Shown here: piece after piece, positions 46,501-60,400 of the stretch
How the letters are laid out: every line of letters starts with the position of its first letter
Position numbering within the stretch: the stretch's first letter is position 1
NCBI GenBank assembly: GCA_964016885.1
Contig: OZ024744.1
Span: forward strand, 121,892,001 to 121,956,000
Direction of reading: 5' to 3'
Length of the DNA: 64,000 bases
Origin: Eledone cirrhosa
Taxonomy: Eukaryota
Translations under genes and position numbers: made by a program
Notes under the pieces: generated by a model
Told to the model about the DNA's origin: nothing
The model's database searches: none
The model's input: only the letters and a program-made list of their open reading frames with translations

Positions 46501-49500
46501 TTCATACTTCCTGAACACATGACCCAACCATCTCACACTATCTCTCTTCACAACATCCATCACTACCTCTATTCCTCTCACACAGTCACTTTTATACTTC
46601 CTCAACACAGGACCCAACCATCTCTCACTATCTCTCTTCACAACATCCATCACTACCTCTGTTCCTCTCACCCAGTCACATTCATACATCCTCAACACAT
46701 GACCCACACATCTCAAACTATCTCTCTTCACAAGATCCATCACTACCTCTATTCCTCTCACCCAGTCACTTTCATACTTCCTCAAGACATGACCCAACCA
46801 TCCCACACTATCTCTCTTCACAACATCCATCACTACCTCTGTTCCTCTCACCCAGTCACTTTTATCCTGCCTCAACACATGACCCAACCATCTCACACTA
46901 TCTCTCTTCACAACATCCATCATTACTTCTGTTCCTCTCATCCAGTCACTTTCATACTTCCTCAACACATGACCCAACCATCTCACACTATCTCTCTTCA
47001 CAACATTCATCACTACCTCTGTGCCTCTCACCCAGTCACTTTTATCCTTCCTCAACACATGACCCAACCATCTCACACTATCTCTCTTCACAACATCCAT
47101 CACTACCTCTATTCCTCTCATCCAGTCACTTTCATACTTCCTCTACACATGAGCCAACCATCTCACACTATCTCTCTTCACAACATCCATCACTACCTCT
47201 ATTGTTCTTACCCAGTCACTTTCATACTTCCTGAACACATGACCCAACCATCTCACACTATCTCTCTTCACAACATCCATCACTGCCTCTATTCCTCTCA
47301 CACAGTCACTTTTATACTTCCTCAACACAGGACCCAACCATCTCACACTATCTCTCTTCACAACATCCATCACTACCTCTGTTCCTCTCACCCAGTCACA
47401 TTAATACATCCTCAACACATGACCCACACATCTCAAACTATCTCTCTTCACAACATCCATCACTACCTCTATTCCTTTCACCCAGGCACTTTCATACTTC
47501 CTCAACACATGACCCAACCATCTCACACTATCTCTCTTCACAACATCCATCACTACCTCCATTCCTCTCACCCAGTCACTTTTATCCCTCCTCAACACAG
47601 GAACCAACCATCTCACACTATCTCTCTTCACAACATCCATCACTACCTCTATTCCTCTCACCCAGTCACTTTCATACTTCCTCAACACATGACCCAACCA
47701 TCTCACACTATCTCTCTTCACAACATCCATCACTACCTCTATTCCTCTCACCCAGTCACTTTCATACTTCCTCAACACATGACCCAACCATCTCACACTA
47801 TCTCTCTTCACAACATCCATCACTACCTCTATTCCTCTCACCCAGTCACTTTCATACTTCCTCAACACATGACCCAACCATCTCACACTATCTCTCTTCA
47901 CAACATCCATCACTACCTCTATTCCTCTCACCCAGTCACTTTCATACTTCCTCAACACATGACCCAACCATCTCACACTATCTCTCTTCACAACATTCAT
48001 CACTACCTCTGTTCCTCTCACCCAGTCACTTTTATCCTTCCTCAACACATGACCCAACCATCTAACACTATCTCTCTTCACAACATCCATCACTACCTTC
48101 ATTCCTCTCAGCCAGTCACTTTTATCCTTCCTCAACACATGACCCAACCATCTCACACTATCTCTCTTCACAACATCCATCACTACCTCTATTCCTCTCA
48201 CCCAGTCACTTTCATACTTCCTCTACACATGAGCCAACCATCTCACACTATCTCTCTTCACAACATCCATCACTACCTCTATTGCTCTTACCCAGTCACT
48301 TTCATACTTCCTGAATACATGACCCAACCATCTCACACTATCTCTCTTCACAACATCCATCACTACCTCTATTCCTCTCACCCAGTCACTTTCATACTTC
48401 CTCTACACATGAGCCAACCATCTCACACTATCTCTCTTCACAACATCCATCACTACCTCTATTCCTCTCACCCAGTCACTTTCATACTTCCTCAAGACAT
48501 GACCCAACCATCCCACACTATCTCTCTTCACAACATCCATAACTACCTCTATTCCTTTCACCCAGGCACTTTCATACTTCCTCAACACATGACTCAACCA
48601 TCTCACACTATCTCTCTTCACAACATCCATCACTACCTCTGTTCCTCTCACCCAGTCACTTTTATCCAGCCTCAACACATGACCCAACCATCTCACACTA
48701 TCTCTGTTCACAACATACATCACTACCTCTATTCCTCTCACCCAGTCACTTTTATCCTTCCTGAACACATGAACCAACCATTCTCACACTATCTCTCTTC
48801 ACAACATCCATCACTACCTCTATTCCTCTCAGCCAGTCACTTTTATCCTTCCTCAACACATGACTCAACCATCTCACACTATCTCTCTTCACAACATCCA
48901 TCACTACATCTATTCCTCTCACACTGTCACTTTTATCCTTCCTCAACACATGACCTAACCATCTCACACTATCTCTCTTCACAAGATCCATCACTACCTC
49001 CATTCCTCTCAGCCAGTCACATTCACACTGCCTCAACACATGACCCAACCATCTCACACTATCTCTCTTCACAACATCCATCACTACCTCTATTCCTCTC
49101 ACCCAGTCACTTTTATCCTTCCTCAACGTATGACCCAACCATCTCACACTATCTCTCCTCACAACATCCATCACTACCTCTATTCTTCTCACCCAGTCAC
49201 TTTTATCCTTCCTCAACACATGACCCAACCATCTCACACTATCTCTCATCACAACAACCATCACTACCTCTATTCCTCTCACCCAGTTACTTTTATCCTT
49301 CCTCAACACATGACCCAACCATCTCACACTATCTCTCTTCACAACATCTATCATTACTCCTGTTCCTCTCATCCAGTCACTTTCATACTTCCTCAACACA
49401 TGACCCAACCATCTCACACTATCTCTCTTCACAACATTCATCACTACCTCTGTGCCTCTCACCCAGTCACTTTTATCCTTCCTCAACACATGACCCAACC

Positions 49501-52500
49501 ATCTCACACTATCTCTCTTCTCAACATCCATCACTACATCCATTCCTCTCACCCAGTCACTTTTATCCCTCCTCAACACAGGAACCAACCATCTCACACT
49601 ATCTCTCTTCACAACATCCATCACTACCTCTATTCCTCTCACCCAGTCACTTTCATACTTCCTCAACACATGACCCAACCATCTCACACTATCTCTCTTC
49701 ACAACATTCATCACTACCTCTGTTCCTCTCACCCAGTCACTTTTATCCTTCCTCAACACATGACCCAACCATCTAACACTATCTCTCTTCACAACATCCA
49801 TCACTACCTTCATTCCTCTCAGCCAGTCACTTTTATCCTTCCTCAACACATGACCCAACCATCTCACACTATCTCTCTTCACAACATCCATCACTACCTC
49901 TATTCCTCTCCCCCAGTCACTTTCATACTTCCTCTACACATGAGCCAACCATCTCACACTATCTCTCTTCACAACATCCATCACTACCTCTATTGCTCTT
50001 ACCCAGTCACTTTCATACTTCCTGAATACATGACCCAACCATCTCACACTATCTCTCTTCACAACATCCATCACTACCTCTATTCCTCTCACCCAGTCAC
50101 TTTCATACTTCCTCTACACATGAGCCAACCATCTCACACTATCTCTCTTCACAACATCCATCACTACCTCTATTCCTCTCACCCAGTCACTTTCATACTT
50201 CCTCAAGACATGACCCAACCATCCCACACTATCTCTCTTCACAACATCCATCACTACCTCTATTCCTTTCACCCAGGCACTTTCATACTTCCTCAACACA
50301 TGACTCAACCATCTCACACTATCTCTCTTCACAACATCCATCACTACCTCTGTTCCTCTCACCCAGTCACTTTTATCCTGCCTCAACACATGACCCAACC
50401 ATCTCACACTATCTCTGTTCACAACATACATCACTACCTCTATTCCTCTCACCCAGTCACTTTTATCCTTCCTGAACACATGAACCAACCATTCTCACAC
50501 TATCTCTCTTCACAACATCCATCACTACCTCTATTCCCCTCAGCCAGTCACTTTTATCCTTCCTCAACACATGACTCAACCATCTCACACTATCTCTCTT
50601 CACAACATCCATCACTACATCTATTCCTCTCACACTGTCACTTTTATCCTTCCTCAACACATGACCTAACCATCTCACACTATCTCTCTTCACAAGATCC
50701 ATCACTACCTCCATTCCTCTCAGCCAGTCACATTCACACTGCCTCAACACATGACCCAACCATCTCACACTATCTCTCTTCACAACATCCATCACTACCT
50801 CTATTCCTCTCACCCAGTCACTTTTATCCTTCCTCAACGTATGACCCAACCATCTCACACTATCTCTCCTCACAACATCCATCACTACCTCTATTCTTCT
50901 CACCCAGTCACTTTTATCCTTCCTCAACACATGACCCAACCATCTCACACTATCTCTCATCACAACAACCATCACTACCTCTATTCCTCTCACCCAGTTA
51001 CTTTTATCCTTCCTCAACACATGACCCAACCATCTCACACTATCTCTCTTCACAACATCCATCATTACTCCTGTTCCTCTCATCCAGTCACTTTCATACT
51101 TCCTCAACACATGACCCAACCATCTCACACTATCTCTCTTCACAACATTCATCACTACCTCTGTGCCTCTCACCCAGTCACTTTTATCCTTCCTCAACAC
51201 ATGACCCAACCATCTCACACTATCTCTCTTCACAACATCCATCACTACCTCTATTCCTCTCACCCAGTCACTTTCATACTTCCTCTACACATGAGCCAAC
51301 CATCTCACACTATCTCTCTTCACAACATCCATCACTACCTCTATTGCTCTTACCCAGTCACTTTCATACTTCCTGAACACATGACCCAACCATCTCACAC
51401 TATCTCTCTTCACAACATCCATCACTGCCTCTATTCCTCTCACACAGTCACTTTTATACTTCCTCAACACAGGACCCAACCATCTCACACTATCTCTCTT
51501 CACAATATCCATCACTACCTCTGTTCCTCTCACCCAGTCACATTCATACATCCTCAACACATGACCCACACATCTCAAACTATCTCTCTTCACAAGATCC
51601 ATCACTACCTCTATTCCTCTCACCCAGTCACTTTCATACTTCCTCAAGACATGACCCAACCATCCCACACTATCTCTCTTCATAACATCCATCACTACCT
51701 CTATTCCTTTCACCCAGGCACTTTCATACTCCTCAACACATGACCCAACCATCTCACACTATCTCTCTTCACAACATCCATCACTACCTCCATTCCTCTC
51801 ACCCAGTCACTTTTATCCCTCCTCAACACAGGACCCAACCATCTCACACTATCTCTCTTCACAACATCCATCACTACCTCTATTCCTCTCACCCAGTCAC
51901 TTTTATCCTTCCTCAACACATTACCCAACCATCTCACACTATCTCTCTTCACAACATCCATCACTACCTCCATTCCTCTCAGCCAGTCACATTCATACTT
52001 CCTCAACACATGACCCAACCATCTCACACTATCTCTCTTCACAACATCCATCACTACGTCTGTTCCTCTCACCCAGTCTCTTTCAAACTTCCTCAACACA
52101 TGACCTAACCATCTCACACTATCTCTCTTCACAACATCCATCACTACCTCTGTTCCTCTTACCCAGTCAAGTTTATCCTTCCTCAACACATGACCCAACC
52201 ATCTCACACTATCTCTCTTCACAACATCCATCACTACTTCTATTCCTCTCACCCAGTCACTTTTATCCTTCCTCAACACATGACAAAACCATCTCACACT
52301 ATCTCTCTTCACAACATACATCACTACCTCTATTCCTCTCACCCAGTCACTTTTATCCTTCCTCAACACATGAACCAACCATTCTCACACTATCTCTCTT
52401 CACAACATCCATCACTACCTCTATTCCTCTCACCCAGTCACTTCCATACTTCCTCAACACATAACCCAACCATCTCACACTATCTCTCTTCACTACATCC

Positions 52501-54780
52501 ATCACTACCTCTATTCCTCTCAGCCAGTCAATTTTATCCTTCCTCTACACATGACCCAACCATTCTCAAACTATCTCTCTTCACAACATCCATCACTACA
52601 TCTATTCCTCTCACCCATTCACTTTTATAATTCTTCAATACATGACCCAACCATCTCACACTATCTCTCTTCACAACATCCATCACTACATCTATTCCTC
52701 TCACACTGTCACTTTCATACTTCCTCAACACATGACCCAACCATCTCACACTATCTCTCTTCACAACATCCATTACTACCTCTATTCCTCTCACCCAGTC
52801 ACTTTTATCCTTCCTCAACACATGACCTAACCATCTCACACTATCTCTCTTCACAACATCCATCACTACCTCCATTCCTCTCAGCCAGTCACTTTTATCC
52901 TTCCTCAACACATGAACCAACCATCTCACACTATCTCTCTTCACAACATCCATCACTGCCTCTATTCCTCTCACCCAGTCACATTCATACTTCCTCAACA
53001 CATGACCCAACCATCTCACACTATCTCTCTTCACAACATCCATCACTACCTCTATTCCTCTCACACAGTCACATTCACACTGCCTCAACACATGACCCAA
53101 CCATCTCACACTATCTCTCTTCACAACATCCATCACTACCTCTATTCCTCTCACCCAGTCACTTTTATCCTTCCTCAACACATGACCCAACCATCTCACA
53201 CTATCTCTCTTCACAACAACCATCACTACCTCTATTCCTCTCACCCAGTTACTTTTATCCTTCCTCAACACATGACCCAACAATCTCACACTATCTCTCT
53301 TCACAACATCCATTATTACCTCTGTTGCTGTCAACAAGTCACTTTCATACTTCCTCAACACATGACCCAACCATCTCACACTATCTCTCTTCACAACATC
53401 CATCACTACCTCTATTCCTCTCACCCAGTCACTTTTATCCTTCCTCAACGTATGACCCAACCATCTCACACTATCTCTCCTCACAACATCCATCACTACC
53501 TCTATTCTTCACACCCAGTCACTTTTATCCTTCCTCAACACATGACCCAACCATCTCACACTATCTCTCATCACAACAACCATCACTACCTCTATTCCTC
53601 TCACCCAGTTACTTTTATCCTTCCTCAACACATGACCCAACCATCTCACACTATCTCTCTTCACAACATCCATCATTACTTCTGTTCCTCTCATCCAGTC
53701 ACTTTCATACTTCCTCAACACATGACCCAACCATCTCACACTATCTCTCTTCACAACATCCATCACTACCTCTATTCCTCTCACCCAGTCACTTTCATAC
53801 TTCCTCAACACATGACCCAACCATCTCACACTATCTCTCTTCACAACATTCATCACTACCTCTGTTCCTCTCACCCAGTCACTTTTATCCTTCCTCAACA
53901 CATGACCCAACCATCTAACACTATCTCTCTTCACAACATCCATCACTGCCTTCATTCCTCTCAGCCAGTCACTTTTATCCCTCCTCAACACATGACCCAA
54001 CCATCTCACACTATCTCTCTTCACAACATCCATCATTACCTCTATTCCTCTCACCCAGTCACTTTCATACTTCCTCTACACATGAGCCTACCATCTCACA
54101 CTATCTCTCTTCACAACATCCACCACTACCTCTATTGCTCTTACCCAGTCACTTTCATACTTCCTGAACACATGACCTAACCATCTCACACTATCTCTCT
54201 TCACAACATCCATCACTACCTCTATTCCTCTCACACAGTCACATTTATACTTCCTCAACACAGGACCCAACCATCTCACACTATCTCTCTTCACAACATC
54301 CATCACTACCTCTGTTCCTCTCACCCAGTCACATTCATACATCCTCAACACATGACCCACACATCTCAAACTATCTCTCTTCACAAGATCCATCACTACC
54401 TCTATTCCTCTCACCCAGTCACTTTTATCCTTCCTCAACACATGACCCAACCATCTCACACTATCTCTCTTCACAACATCCATCACTACATCTATTCCTC
54501 TCACACTGTCACTTTTATCCTTCCTCAACACATGACCTAACCATCTCACACTATCTCTCTTCACAAGATCCATCACTACCTCCATTCCTCTCAGCCAGTC
54601 ACTTTTATCCTTCGTCAACACATGAACCAGCCATCTCACACTATCTCTCTTCACAACATCCATCACTGCCTCTATTCCTCTCACCCAGTCACATTCATAC
54701 TTCCTCAACACATGACCCAACCATCTCACACTATCTCTCTTCACAACATCCATCACTACCTCTATTCCCGCTCACACAGT
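28600..54780. repeat. Middle satellite sub-domain with multi-kb higher-order repeats
   Basis: Private variants include GAGCGAACC, TCAGAACATCC, CAAATCATG, CCTGTCACC, CTCTACACATGAGCC, CAATGTATG/CAACGTATG and CCATTCTCAAACT. Identical ORF triplets recur at offsets of 5132 and 4322 bp. Confidence 0.75.
33730..46010. repeat. Three copies of a ~2.9-kb (about 32-monomer) block starting near 33730, 38860 and 43185
   Basis: Identical translated ORFs at 33823/38955/43277, 34543/39675/43997 and 35263/40395/44717. The private variant TATTGATCTTAC occurs near 34504, 39636 and 43958. Confidence 0.85.
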
Positions 54781-57700
54781 CACATTCACACTGCCTCAAC
54801 ACATGACCCAACCATCTCACACTATCTCTCTTCACAACATCCATCACTACCTCTATTCCTCTCAACCAGTCACTTTTATCCTTCCTCAACACATGACCCA
54901 ACCATCTCACACTATCTCTCTTCACAACATCCATCACTACCTCTATTCCTTTCACTCAGTCACTTTTATCCTTCCTCAACACATGACCCAACCATCTCAC
55001 ACTATCTCTCTTCACAACATACATCACTACCTCTATTGCTCTCACCCAGTCACATTCATACTTCTTCAACACATGACCCAACCATCTCACACTATCTCTC
55101 TTCACAACATCCATCACTACCTCTATTCCTCTCACCCATTCAATTTTATACATCCTCAACACATGACCCAACCATCTCACACTATCTCTCTTCACAACAT
55201 CCATCACTACCTCTATTCCTCTCACCCAGTCACTTTTATCCTTCCTCAACACATGACCCAACCATCTCACACTATCTCTCTTCACAACATGCATCACTAC
55301 CTCTATTCCTCTCACCCAGTTACTTTCATACTTCCTCAACACATGAGCCAATCATCTCACACTATCTCCCTTTACAACATCCATCACTACCTCTATTCCT
55401 CTCACCCAGTCACATTCATACTTCCTCAACACATGACCCAACCATCTCACACTATCTCTCTTCACAACATCCATAACTACCTCTATTCCTCTCACCCAGT
55501 CACTTTTATCCTTCCTCAACACATGAGACAACCATCTCACACTATCTCTCTTCACAACATCCATCACTACCTCCATTCCTCTCAGCCAGTCACATTCATA
55601 CTTCCTCAACACATGACCCAACCATCTCACACTATCTCTCTTCACAACATCCATCACTACCTCTGTTCCTCTTACCCAGTCAAGTTTATCCTTCCTCAAC
55701 ACATGACCCAACCATCTCACACTATCTCTCTTCACAACATCTATTACTACCTGTATTCCTCTCACCCAGTCACTTTCATAATTCTTCAACACATGACCCA
55801 ACCATCTCACACTATCTCACTTCACAACATCCATTACTACCTCTATTCCTCTAACCCAGTCTCTTTCAACCTTCCTCAACACATGACCCAACCATCTCAC
55901 ACTATCTCTCTTCACAACATCCATCACTACCTCTATTCCTCTCACCCAGTCACTTTCATACTTCCTCAACACATGAGCCAACCATCTCACACTAACTCTC
56001 TTCACAACATCTATCACTACCTCTATTGTTCTCACCCAGTTAATTTTATCCTTCCTCAACACATGACCCAACCATCACACACTATCTCTCTTCACAATAT
56101 CCATCACTACCTCTATTCCTCTCACCCAGTCACTTTTATCCTTCCTCAACACATGACCCAACCATCTCACACTGTCTCTCTTCACAACATCCAACACTAC
56201 CTCTATTCCTCTCACCCAGTCACTTTTATACTTCCTCAACACATGACCCAACCATCTCACACTATCTCACTTCACAACATCCATTACTACCTCTATTGCT
56301 CTCACCCAGTCAATTTTATCCTTCCTCAACACATGACCCAACCATCTCACACTGTCTCTCTTCACAACATCCACCACTACCTCTATTCCTCTCACCCAGT
56401 CACTTTTATACTTCCTCAACACATGACCCAACCATCTCACACTATCTCTCTTCACAACATCCATCACTACCTCTATTCCTCTCATCCAGTCACTTTTATC
56501 CTTCCTCAACACATGACCAAACCATCTCACACTATCTCTCTTCACAACATCCATCACTACCTCTATTCCTCTCACCCAGTCACTTTTATCCTTCCCAAAC
56601 ACATGACCCAACCATCTCACACTGTCTCTCTTCACAACATCCATCACTACGTCTGTTCCTCTCACCCAGTCTCTTTCAACCTTCCTCAACACATGACCTA
56701 ACCATCTCACACTATCTCTCTTCACAACATCCATCACTACCTCTATTCCTCTCACCCAGTCACTTTTATACTTCCTCAACACATGAGCCAACCATCTCAC
56801 ACTATCTCTCTATACAACATCCATCACTACCTCCATTCCTCTCAGCCAGTCACGTTCATACTTCCTCAACACATGACCAAACCATCTCACACTATCTCGC
56901 TTCACAACATCCATCACTACCTCTGTCCCTCTCACGCAGTCTCTTTCAACCTTCCTCAACACATGACCTAACCATCTCACACTATCTCTCTTCACAACAT
57001 CCATCACTACCTCCATTCCTCTCAGCCAGTCACTTTTATCCTTCCTCAACACATGACCCAACCATCTCACACTATCTCTCTTCACAACATCCATCACTAC
57101 CTCTATTCCTCTCACCCAGTCACTTTCATACTTCCTCAACACATGAGCCATTCATCTCACACTTTCTCCCTTTACAACATCCATCACTACCTCTATTCCT
57201 CTCACCCAGTCACATTCATACTTCCTAAACACATGACCCAACCATCTCACACTGTCTCTCTTCACAACATCCATCCCTACCTCTATTCCTCTCACCCAGT
57301 CAATTTTATACTTCCTCAACTCATGACCCAACCATCTCACACTATCTCTCTTCACAACATCCATCACTACCTCTATTCCTCTCACCCAGTCACTTTTATC
57401 CTTCCTCAACACATGACCCAACCCTCTCACACTATCTCTCTTCACAACATCCATCACTACCTCTATTCCTTTCACTCAGACACTTTTATCCTTCCTCAAC
57501 ACATGACCCAACCATCTCACACTATCTCTCTTCACAACATACATCACTACCTCTATTCCTCTCACCCAGTCACTTTTATCCTTCCTCAACACATGACCCA
57601 ACCATCTCACACTATCTCTCTTCACAACATCCATCACTACCTCTATTCCTCTCACCCAGTCACTTTTATCCTTCCTCAACACATGACCCAACCATCTCAC

Positions 57701-58589
57701 ACTATCTCTCTTCACAACATCCATCACTACCTCTATTCCTCTCACCCAGTCACTTTCATACTTCCTCAACACATGAGCCAACTATCTCACACTATCTCTC
57801 TTCACAACATCCAGCACTAGCTCTGTTCCTCTCACCCAGTCTCTTTCAACCTTCCTAAACACATGACCTAACCATCTCACACTATCTCTCTTCACAACAT
57901 CCATCACTACCTCCATTCCTCTCAGCCAGTCACTTTTATCCTTCCTCAACATATGACCCAACCATCTCACACTATCTCTCTTCACAACATCCATCACTAC
58001 CTCTATTCCGCTCACCCAGTCACTTTTATACTTCCTCAACACATGACCCAACCATCTCACACTATCTCTCTTCACAACATCCATCACTACCTCTATTCCT
58101 CTCATCCAGTCACTCTTATCCTTCCCAAACACATGACCCAACCATCTCACACTATCTCTCTTCACAACATCCATCACTACCTCTATTCCTCTCACCCAGT
58201 CACTTTTATCCTTCCCAAACACATGACCCAACCATCTCACACTATCTCTCTTCACAACATCCATCACTACGTCTGTTCCTCTCACCCAGTCTCTTTCAAC
58301 CTTCCTCAACACATGACCTAACCATCTCACACTATCTCTCTTCACAACATCCATCACTACCTGTATTCCTCTCACCCAGTCACTTTTATACTTCCTCAAC
58401 ACATGAGCCAACCATCTCACACTATCTCTCTTTACAACATCCATCACTACCTCCATTCCTCTCAGCCAGTCACGTTCATACTTCCTCAACACATGACCCA
58501 ACCATCTCACACTATCTCGCTTCACAACATCCATCACTACCTCTGTCCCTCTCACCCAGTCTCTTTCAACCTTCCTCAACACATGACCT

Positions 58590-60400
58590 AACCATCTCAC
58601 ACTATCTCTCTTCACAACATCCATCACTACCTCCATTCCTCTCAGCCAGTCACTTTTATCCTTCCTCAACACATGACCCAACCATCTCACACTATCTCTC
58701 TTCACAACATCCATCACTACCTCTATTCCTCTCACCCAGTCACTTTCATACTTCCTCAACACATGAGCCAATCATCTCACACTTTCTCCCTTTACAACAT
58801 CCATCACTACCTCTATTCCTCTCACCCAGTCACATTCATACTTCCTCAACACATGACCCAACCATCTCACACTGTCTCTCTTCACAACATCCAACACTAC
58901 CTCTATTCCTCTCACCCAGTCAATTTTATACTTCCTCAACTCATGACCCAACCATCTCACACTATCTCTCTTCACAACATCCATCACTACCTCTATTCCT
59001 CTCACCCAGTCACTTTTATCCTTCCTCAACACATAACCCAACCATCTCACACTATCTCTCTTCACAACATCCATCACTACCTCTATTCCTCTCACCCAGT
59101 CACTTTTATCCTTCCTCAACACATGACCCAACCATCTCACTCTATCTCTCTTCACAACATCCATCACTACCTCTATTCCTCTCACCCAGTCACTTTTATC
59201 CTTCCTCAACACATGACCCAACCATCTCACACTATCTCTCTTCACAACATCCATCACTACCTCTATTCCTCTCACCCAGTCACTTTCATACTTCCTCAAC
59301 ACATGAGCCAACTATCTCACACTATCTCTCTTCACAACATCCAGCACTAGCTCTGTTCCTCTCACCCAGTCTCTTTCAACCTTCCTCAAAACATGACCTA
59401 ACCATCTCACACTATCTCTCTTCACAACATCCATCACTACCTCCATTCCTCTCAGCCAGTCACTTTTATCCTTCCTCAACACATGACCCAACCATCTCAC
59501 ACTATCTCTCTTCACAACATCCATCACTACCTCTATTCCTCTCACCCAGTCACTTTCATACTTCCTCAACACATGAGCCAATCATCTCACACTTTCTCCC
59601 TTTACAACATCCATCACTACCTCTATTCCTCTCACCCAGTCACATTCATACTTCCTCAACACATGACCAAACCATCTCACACTGTCTCTCTTCACAACAT
59701 CCATCACTACCTCTATTCCTCTCACCCAGTCAATTTTATACTTCCTCAACTCATGACCCAACCATCTCACACTATCTCTCTTCACAACATCCATCACTAC
59801 CTCTATTCCTCTCACCCAGTCACTTTTATCCTTCCTCAACACATAACCCAACCATCTCACACTATCTCTCTTCACAACATCCATCACTACCTCTATTCCT
59901 CTCACCCAGTCACTTTTATCCTTCCTCAACACATGACCCAACCATCTCACTCTATCTCTCTTCACAACATCCATCACTACCTCTATTCCTCTCACCCAGT
60001 CACTTTTATCCTTCCTCAACACATGACCCAACCATCTCACACTATCTCTCTTCACAACATCCATCACTACCTCTATTCCTCTCACCCAGTCACTTTCATA
60101 CTTCCTCAACACATGAGCCAACTATCTCACACTATCTCTCTTCACAACATCCAGCACTAGCTCTGTTCCTCTCACCCAGTCTCTTTCAACCTTCCTCAAC
60201 ACATGACCTAACCATCTCACACTATCTCTCTTCACAACATCCATCACTACCTCCATTCCTCTCAGCCAGTCACTTTTATCCTTCCTCAACACATGACCCA
60301 ACCATCTCACACTATCTCTCTTCACAACATCCATCACTACCTCTATTCCTCTCACCCAGTCACTTTCATACTTCCTCAACACATGAGCCAATCATCTCAC
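58590..60400. repeat. Tandem 810-bp (9-monomer) higher-order repeat, slightly over 2 copies
   Basis: ORFs 58772..59311 vs 59582..60121 and 59312..59581 vs 60122..60391 are offset by exactly 810. CCAGCACTAG is at 59341 and 60151. Confidence 0.85.
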
